From positions 66,999-130,998 of the forward strand of contig CAVWBF010000020.1 in NCBI GenBank assembly GCA_963753085.1: a stretch of DNA of 64,000 nt. Direction: 5' to 3'. The position numbers were made by a program, and so were the translations under genes. This DNA is from an uncultured Spirochaetota bacterium. GTDB lineage: Bacteria; Spirochaetota; Spirochaetia; SZUA-6; Fen-1364. Positions 63,748-64,000 of the stretch are shown one piece after another (positions within the stretch are counted from its first letter, which is position 1; each line of letters opens with the position of its first letter). The notes under the pieces were generated by a model that had not been told where the DNA came from, ran no database searches, and worked only from the letters and a program-made list of their open reading frames with translations.

Positions 63748-64000
63748 TGGAAGCCCAGAAGCTCACGTTCTTCGAGAAGAAGCAGACCGTGTGCCCGGTC
63801 TGCGACGGAAAGTTCTACCGGGAGGATCTCCTCTCCGGCGGGGGGAGGCTTATCGCGAGCGATCTCACCCCCGAGCTGCGGCGCCTCTACGAGCCCTCCC
63901 GGAAGTTCGGCGAAGTCTCGCCGCTGGTCTATCCGGTGACCGTTTGTCCCACCTGCTATTTCTCCTCATTTGCCGCGGACTTCACGGCCATTCCAGACAA
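63747..64000 (+). CDS. Zinc-ribbon protein (DUF2225-like), 5' fragment; continues past the window end
   Basis: ATG 63747 overlaps the acpS TAA by 1 nt (TAATG). The frame stays open to nt 64000. MEAQKLTFFEKKQTVCPVCDGKFYREDLLSGGGRL...VTVCPTCYFS carries CPxC...CPxC. Confidence 0.5.
   Translation, partial: MEAQKLTFFEKKQTVCPVCDGKFYREDLLSGGGRLIASDLTPELRRLYEPSRKFGEVSPLVYPVTVCPTCYFSSFAADFTAIPD

Overview
GC-rich, very gene-dense chromosomal window with about 60 protein genes and 2 tRNAs. I found no rRNA, CRISPR array, transposase, integrase or phage genes. Many neighbouring genes are translationally coupled by 4-nt ATGA/GTGA start-stop overlaps. The gene set suggests an anaerobic diderm, possibly spirochaete-like, but taxonomy cannot be established from this window. 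That guess rests on: archaeal-type CMP kinase next to rpoZ, CdaA-CdaR, bactofilin, an orphan FlgH-like gene, PorP/FadL-like barrels, MetFV and a corrinoid protein. Housekeeping blocks, left to right: accC'-accD-accA; dapB-dapA; pta; tyrA; mtaB; murC; yicC-cmk-rpoZ; miaA; folP-cdaA-cdaR-acpS. Four regions deserve attention. (1) 27.8-38.8 kb holds a divergent TonB / beta-barrel / 963-aa TPR <-> 1343-aa barrel-8xIg-OmpA / ExbB / ExbD locus, bracketed by cNMP-binding proteins. I read it as a non-canonical Tol-Pal-like envelope machine and my best candidate for an undescribed system. (2) 22.2-25.9 kb is an operon encoding corrinoid protein, NarI/DsrM-type cytochrome b, a small 2x[4Fe-4S] protein, MetV and MetF. 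This would be a putatively membrane/quinone-linked methylene-THF reductase. (3) 43.46-43.59 kb is a perfect 25-bp x 5.4 head-to-tail repeat, each unit carrying a hairpin/palindrome, lying between cmk and rpoZ. (4) 43.9-58.4 kb is a DeoR-associated catabolic island with an ABC sugar transporter, NagA/NagB-like enzymes, two URO-D-family proteins, an OYE-FeS-FAD oxidoreductase, a Gfo/Idh/MocA enzyme and a hydantoinase-like gene. It has clear divergent promoters and a palindromic operator. Two unlisted 31-codon polybasic ORFs are reported, one bS22/mS38-like, as are two probable frameshifts (PilZ N-terminus, hydantoinase-like gene). Limits: no searches were run. All family calls come from motifs read by eye, start codons are often ambiguous, and regulatory sites are consensus matches only. 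Most long antisense ORFs in the track are GC-driven shadows and are ignored.
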